A program made the translations under genes and the position numbers. A stretch of 64,000 nt of DNA from Vulcanimicrobiota bacterium (GTDB lineage Bacteria > Vulcanimicrobiota > Xenobia > Xenobiales > JADMJV01): NCBI GenBank assembly GCA_050250895.1, contig JBFWNU010000001.1:520008-584007 (forward strand), in the 5' to 3' direction. Under the pieces are notes generated by a model, which had not been told where the DNA came from, made no database searches, and saw only the letters and a program-made list of their open reading frames with translations. This document shows positions 60,173 through 64,000 of the stretch, in pieces. How positions within the stretch are numbered: position 1 is the stretch's first letter; every line of letters starts with the position of its first letter.

Positions 60173-62815
60173 CTAGTCGCCTACCAGGTCGTGCCATTCG
60201 GAACTGGGAACACGGGTGATCTTCACTTCAGGAGTGGCCCGAGCCGTGGTCTGACAGAGTTCGATAGAGGAAGCTCCACCGGTCTTTAGATCGAGCTGAT
60301 TGCCGACCAGTTCGACCCCCCACAACAGGGCCGAGCCTCCAACCGGGAAGAGCCACTTCTCTTGAGCGCAAGCCACCCCAATCTGATTGCCCTCAAACCG
60401 ACAATCGATAAGGGCGGCCCGCGAGCTGTCCCTGACCTCGACGCCGAGGTTGCAACGGCGCGTAGTCAGGTCCCGCCCCGTCAGCAGACTTCCCTCGCCG
60501 ACGCTTAAAGCCTTGTCACCACAGTCTGCGAAGGTCGTGTTGCCAAGCTTTACCCGGGAAGTCCTCACGGTCAGGCCAGCCTTGCCACAGCCAGAAAACG
60601 CACAGCCTTCGATGACGGCCTGACAGCGGTCGAGGTCCAGTCCGTGCGCGCGGGCCTCACGCCAGCGACAGTTCCGGATGACCACCCCGGTTTCGGCCAG
60701 ACTCACGCTAACGTCGCCAACCTGGTTGGGGCCCACCTCGCACTCTTCCATCACCACTCCAGAACTGGTATAGACGTTGACCATTCCCTGAAAGCGGATG
60801 CCGCGAAAACGGCCCCTACTACCCCCCGAGACCCTCAAGTGACGAAACTGGCTGCCGGCACTACCGGCGCCCTGCAGACCGAGACAGCCCCAGGGCCGCT
60901 CGGTGGCGGCCGCGATCTCGACAGGGGCAGCCCGGGTGCCTTGAATCAAAAGCTTGCCCCGGCCATAGAGGCTCACGTCGGGACCCATCAACAGGCGAGT
61001 GCCGGGCGCTATCTCGAGAGTCTGGCCCTCTTCGACGACCAGGTCCTGGTCGACCCTGACTATACCGGGCCCAAGACGGGAGCGCCGCGGCTTCGGGCGC
61101 AGTCGCTCCAGGAACCAGGGGTGGATGCAGAACAACTCGCCCTGGAAGGCGGCTGGCGGGGGCGATGGCTGAACCGCTTCACCGGTGATGGCGTTGCGAA
61201 AGCTCAGGCTTTCCGGGGGGGTCTTGAAGAAGTAGACCAGCGGGGCTGGACTGTGGTAGAAGATGGCGCCGCCCGGCTCGTCGACCCGTTCAAACTGCTT
61301 GCTCAAGCCAGGGTAGACACGCTGACTGGGATTGGTCTGGTCCCAGGGGTCGGTGACGCCATTGGGGGAGAACACATCCACGGCCACCACCCCAAAGCAG
61401 GTCACCTGGCTACCGCCGTCCTTCCAGGGTTCGACCGAGACATAGGCTTGCCCAAGCTGTTGCTCGAGAAAGCGATTGCGCTGCTCGACGTAAGCGAGAA
61501 ATTGCTCCCGTCGCGCGGCCAGCGACGAGGCCGAAGGCGATACCGGTTCGAGCCAGGCCAGCACATAGCCCAGCTTGAGTGTGTCGGGCCAATGGAAGCG
61601 TAGCTGTCCCAGTTTGGGGTCGGACCTCAAGTAGGGCAGAGTCGACTCGAGCTGGGTATCGACCCGGGCTCGGACCGCCTCGAGACTGGCGCTGGAGTGG
61701 AGCAACTCATAAACCTTCTGATTGCGCAAATGACGCCAGCGGGGATCATAGCCGGCCGTGATCAACAGCTGATGGGAATAGCTGTCGAGCCTGGCCTCGG
61801 GACCGAGATTGATTCCATAGCTATTGAAGTCCCAAACGACCGGTTCCAGGCGCCCGCGGGTCGAGTCGTAGAAAAAGTTCTGGTTGTGAAAGCTATCGAC
61901 GTGGCCCGTGCCGGTCACGGCGGTGAGCGCGACAAAGGAAGCGTACTGCTCGAAATCGAGGATGTCCCAGAGCTTTACGATGAGCTCGGGGGTGGGGGGC
62001 TGAGCGACCAGCCTCCGCAGGTCTTGCAGCCGAGAAAGATCGGCCTCGTCGCCGGTGAGTTTCCAGCCCACCGGCTCGGGCTCACGCCACAGCTCGCCTC
62101 CCCCGAACCGGTCACCCTTAAAAAAGGTGCCGTTCAGGCGTGAATTGGCTAAGGCCAGATCTTCACCCAGGCGATGAGAGCGGAGGTAGAGGCCGGCATA
62201 GTGGTTATTGATATAAACGGCGACGTGGTCACTGACTCCGGTCACGACTCCCATTTCGCGGCCCAACTCCTCGGGCAGCCAGTTGCATAGAGCCAGGGCG
62301 TCCTCGGGCCGCGACAACTCGACGAAGCGACGACCCGCTCTAATCTCGGATTTCTTGATCTTGACGCGGAACGAAGGCTTAGCGGGCGAATGGTGCCAGT
62401 CGTTGGCTCCGCGCAGGGTGACCTTGCAGGCCGAGGGCGCCCCATCGGCCTCGCGATAGTAGGCAGGCAGGTATAGCTTGGATTCCTCTCCTTTGCGGCT
62501 CGAGCGCACCAGCGTTTCGATGGCCCCGTCGGCCAGGTAAAGCCTCACCTCGGGAAGCCCGCCGTGCAATGGCGGCGCAGGTGCCCAGGCTGCGTCCCAA
62601 GAGGCCTGCAGATGCTGGCCCATCAGCCGGCGGGCGTAGGGCCAGCCATCTTGGCGTGAGAGAAACACGGCCACCGTCGAATCTTCTCGATTGATCGCCA
62701 AGAACGTCCCCGCCAGACAAGCCATAACCGTCAGAGCCAGTAGCCCAAGAATCCCCGGCAAGTGCAGAAAGCGCGCGCGACCAGGACCGAGCCTGCGCCA
62801 GAAACCGAGTTTCAT
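60173..62815 (-). CDS. CotH-family kinase with C-terminal right-handed beta-helix
   Basis: LRG, K.SFRVK, IN..Y.GLY, HN..FY, EPVVWD; DGLD-type and GDKALSVGE beta-helix repeats; start moved to 62815. Confidence 0.8.
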   Translation of the reverse strand: MKLGFWRRLGPGRARFLHLPGILGLLALTVMACLAGTFLAINREDSTVAVFLSRQDGWPYARRLMGQHLQASWDAAWAPAPPLHGGLPEVRLYLADGAIETLVRSSRKGEESKLYLPAYYREADGAPSACKVTLRGANDWHHSPAKPSFRVKIKKSEIRAGRRFVELSRPEDALALCNWLPEELGREMGVVTGVSDHVAVYINNHYAGLYLRSHRLGEDLALANSRLNGTFFKGDRFGGGELWREPEPVGWKLTGDEADLSRLQDLRRLVAQPPTPELIVKLWDILDFEQYASFVALTAVTGTGHVDSFHNQNFFYDSTRGRLEPVVWDFNSYGINLGPEARLDSYSHQLLITAGYDPRWRHLRNQKVYELLHSSASLEAVRARVDTQLESTLPYLRSDPKLGQLRFHWPDTLKLGYVLAWLEPVSPSASSLAARREQFLAYVEQRNRFLEQQLGQAYVSVEPWKDGGSQVTCFGVVAVDVFSPNGVTDPWDQTNPSQRVYPGLSKQFERVDEPGGAIFYHSPAPLVYFFKTPPESLSFRNAITGEAVQPSPPPAAFQGELFCIHPWFLERLRPKPRRSRLGPGIVRVDQDLVVEEGQTLEIAPGTRLLMGPDVSLYGRGKLLIQGTRAAPVEIAAATERPWGCLGLQGAGSAGSQFRHLRVSGGSRGRFRGIRFQGMVNVYTSSGVVMEECEVGPNQVGDVSVSLAETGVVIRNCRWREARAHGLDLDRCQAVIEGCAFSGCGKAGLTVRTSRVKLGNTTFADCGDKALSVGEGSLLTGRDLTTRRCNLGVEVRDSSRAALIDCRFEGNQIGVACAQEKWLFPVGGSALLWGVELVGNQLDLKTGGASSIELCQTTARATPEVKITRVPSSEWHDLVGD

Positions 62816-63609
62816 CGGGGCACCGCCAGAGCCAACATGCCCTGAGCATATTTCGAGAAGCGGACCGGCATCACTCCCTCGAGGGCCAGGATGTCCCTGA
62901 GCCAGGCCGGGATGCGATGGTTGAACTTGGTCTCGAGAATGAACTGATGGGGAGCTAGAAAGCTCGCTCCGGCCACCCGTCCGGGCGACTCGATATCGGC
63001 GGGCCCGAACGCCTCGCATTGGTGGTCGAAAGTAACCCGCAAGTGATCGTCGTAGCGGCCCACCCAGGCCTCACGCAAGTACGAGATCACAGCCGTGGCT
63101 TGCAGCTTCTGCTGGGCCGCCTGCAGTTCGATGGCGGCCAGAAGGTAGCGCTCGTCGACGCTCAACGAGGCCAGGTCGGTGAACTGGTGCAGACGCGGAA
63201 GATTCCAGGCCGAGTCTTCCAGCAGGGCCGCCACCGTGGCCGGCGATAAAGGCAGACGGTGTTTCGAAACCAGGTTATTCTGGCGCGCTTTGATCTCGAG
63301 ATGGTAAGAGCGAGCCGGGGCCAGTCCGTAAAAGCGCACGCGCAGCTTGCGCCTCAGGGCCACTCCGTCGAGTTTTTCGGTCAGGGCCGTATGCTGGGGT
63401 GAGTCGAAGTACTGACTGGTGACGCGATACACTCCCTGGTCGCCATTGGGGTCATCGCGCAGTCCCGGCGCAGCCGCCTGCAGCAGTCGAGCCTTCACCT
63501 GCGCGTCGACCAGGAATTTTAACTCATAGCGCTGCACCGCGCCTCCTCGAACTCGCCGAATGTCTTGGTCGTCTTCGAGGTCCGTTCGCCGCGGCCCCTT
63601 CGGCGGCAT
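62812..63609 (-). CDS. VTC/polyphosphate polymerase domain protein
   Basis: RYELKF, Y.V.S.YFD, RRKLRVRFY, LEIK, Y.REA, RVTFD, ILETKF, FSKY. Confidence 0.9.
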   Translation of the reverse strand: MPPKGPRRTDLEDDQDIRRVRGGAVQRYELKFLVDAQVKARLLQAAAPGLRDDPNGDQGVYRVTSQYFDSPQHTALTEKLDGVALRRKLRVRFYGLAPARSYHLEIKARQNNLVSKHRLPLSPATVAALLEDSAWNLPRLHQFTDLASLSVDERYLLAAIELQAAQQKLQATAVISYLREAWVGRYDDHLRVTFDHQCEAFGPADIESPGRVAGASFLAPHQFILETKFNHRIPAWLRDILALEGVMPVRFSKYAQGMLALAVPR

Positions 63610-63646
63610 CGGCCAGATTCCGTGGCCGCTAAAGCAGCCTTAACCT

Positions 63647-64000
63647 TCACCTCTGGCTTTGAACCAGGGAGTCCATCCATTCCAGCACCCTGGCCACCAT
63701 GGTATGGTCGAAACGGCCATAATCCTGGCCATAGAGTTCGTGCACCATACCCTCCTGGTAGAAAATCGTCAAGTCAGTCTTCTGGTGAAGTTTGTCTGCT
63801 TTGGTCCGCAACAAGCGCTCGGGACATTTCAGGTCCTCGCTTCCGTTGACGATCAAGACCGGAGAGCTCACCGTCACGATCTTCTCCACCACTTCGGCAC
63901 CCAGGCGGTCCGACTCGAGATAGAACTCTCGAGAGGCGCCAGCCATCATCTGCCCCGGACCCACCTGGCCACTGTCGAGCGCCGCATAGACCTGGCGGAA
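63647..64000 (-). CDS. alpha/beta hydrolase, C-terminal part (runs off the window)
   Basis: PVLIVNGSED, YQEGMVHEL. Confidence 0.65.
   Translation of the reverse strand, partial: FRQVYAALDSGQVGPGQMMAGASREFYLESDRLGAEVVEKIVTVSSPVLIVNGSEDLKCPERLLRTKADKLHQKTDLTIFYQEGMVHELYGQDYGRFDHTMVARVLEWMDSLVQSQR

Noticed and set aside
5002-63849. Many antisense shadow ORFs, e.g. 6476-7468, 43745-44800, 58257-59180
   Set aside because: They mirror well-supported genes in a high-GC genome and carry no motifs

Overview
High-GC bacterial chromosome segment with a Terrabacteria-like diderm gene set: CsaB, FliW/CsrA and SigH occur together with FlgH/FlgI rings. This is compatible with Ca. Eremiobacterota or relatives (inference only). 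In order along the window: a 1.3-kb block of three hairpin-rich tandem arrays; inositol oxygenase; a Ser/Thr kinase-FGE fusion; csaB-ftsEX-M23-two S41 proteases-uvrC; a dense two-component cluster containing several catalytically incomplete kinases; fliN/fliM/cheX; a Fur-family regulator with Ni/Co transport genes; and a late flagellar region (fliW, flgLKNM, flgFGAHI, fliCDS, fliA, sigH, motAB). That region is interrupted by SUFU, an rtcB pseudogene, a GNA-repeat protein and Uma2, and is followed by DUF4956/CotH/VTC. The best candidate for an undescribed system is at the csrA position beside fliW, where the CsrA RNA-binding domain is fused in frame to a complete histidine kinase. The flagellin leader carries canonical CsrA sites, and about ten sigma-28 promoters link degenerate kinases and receivers to the flagellar regulon. 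Also notable are a 162-bp rod-like palindromic insertion in rtcB and a modular family of 11-nt linkers with variable hairpins. All calls come from reading motifs by eye; no database searches were run.
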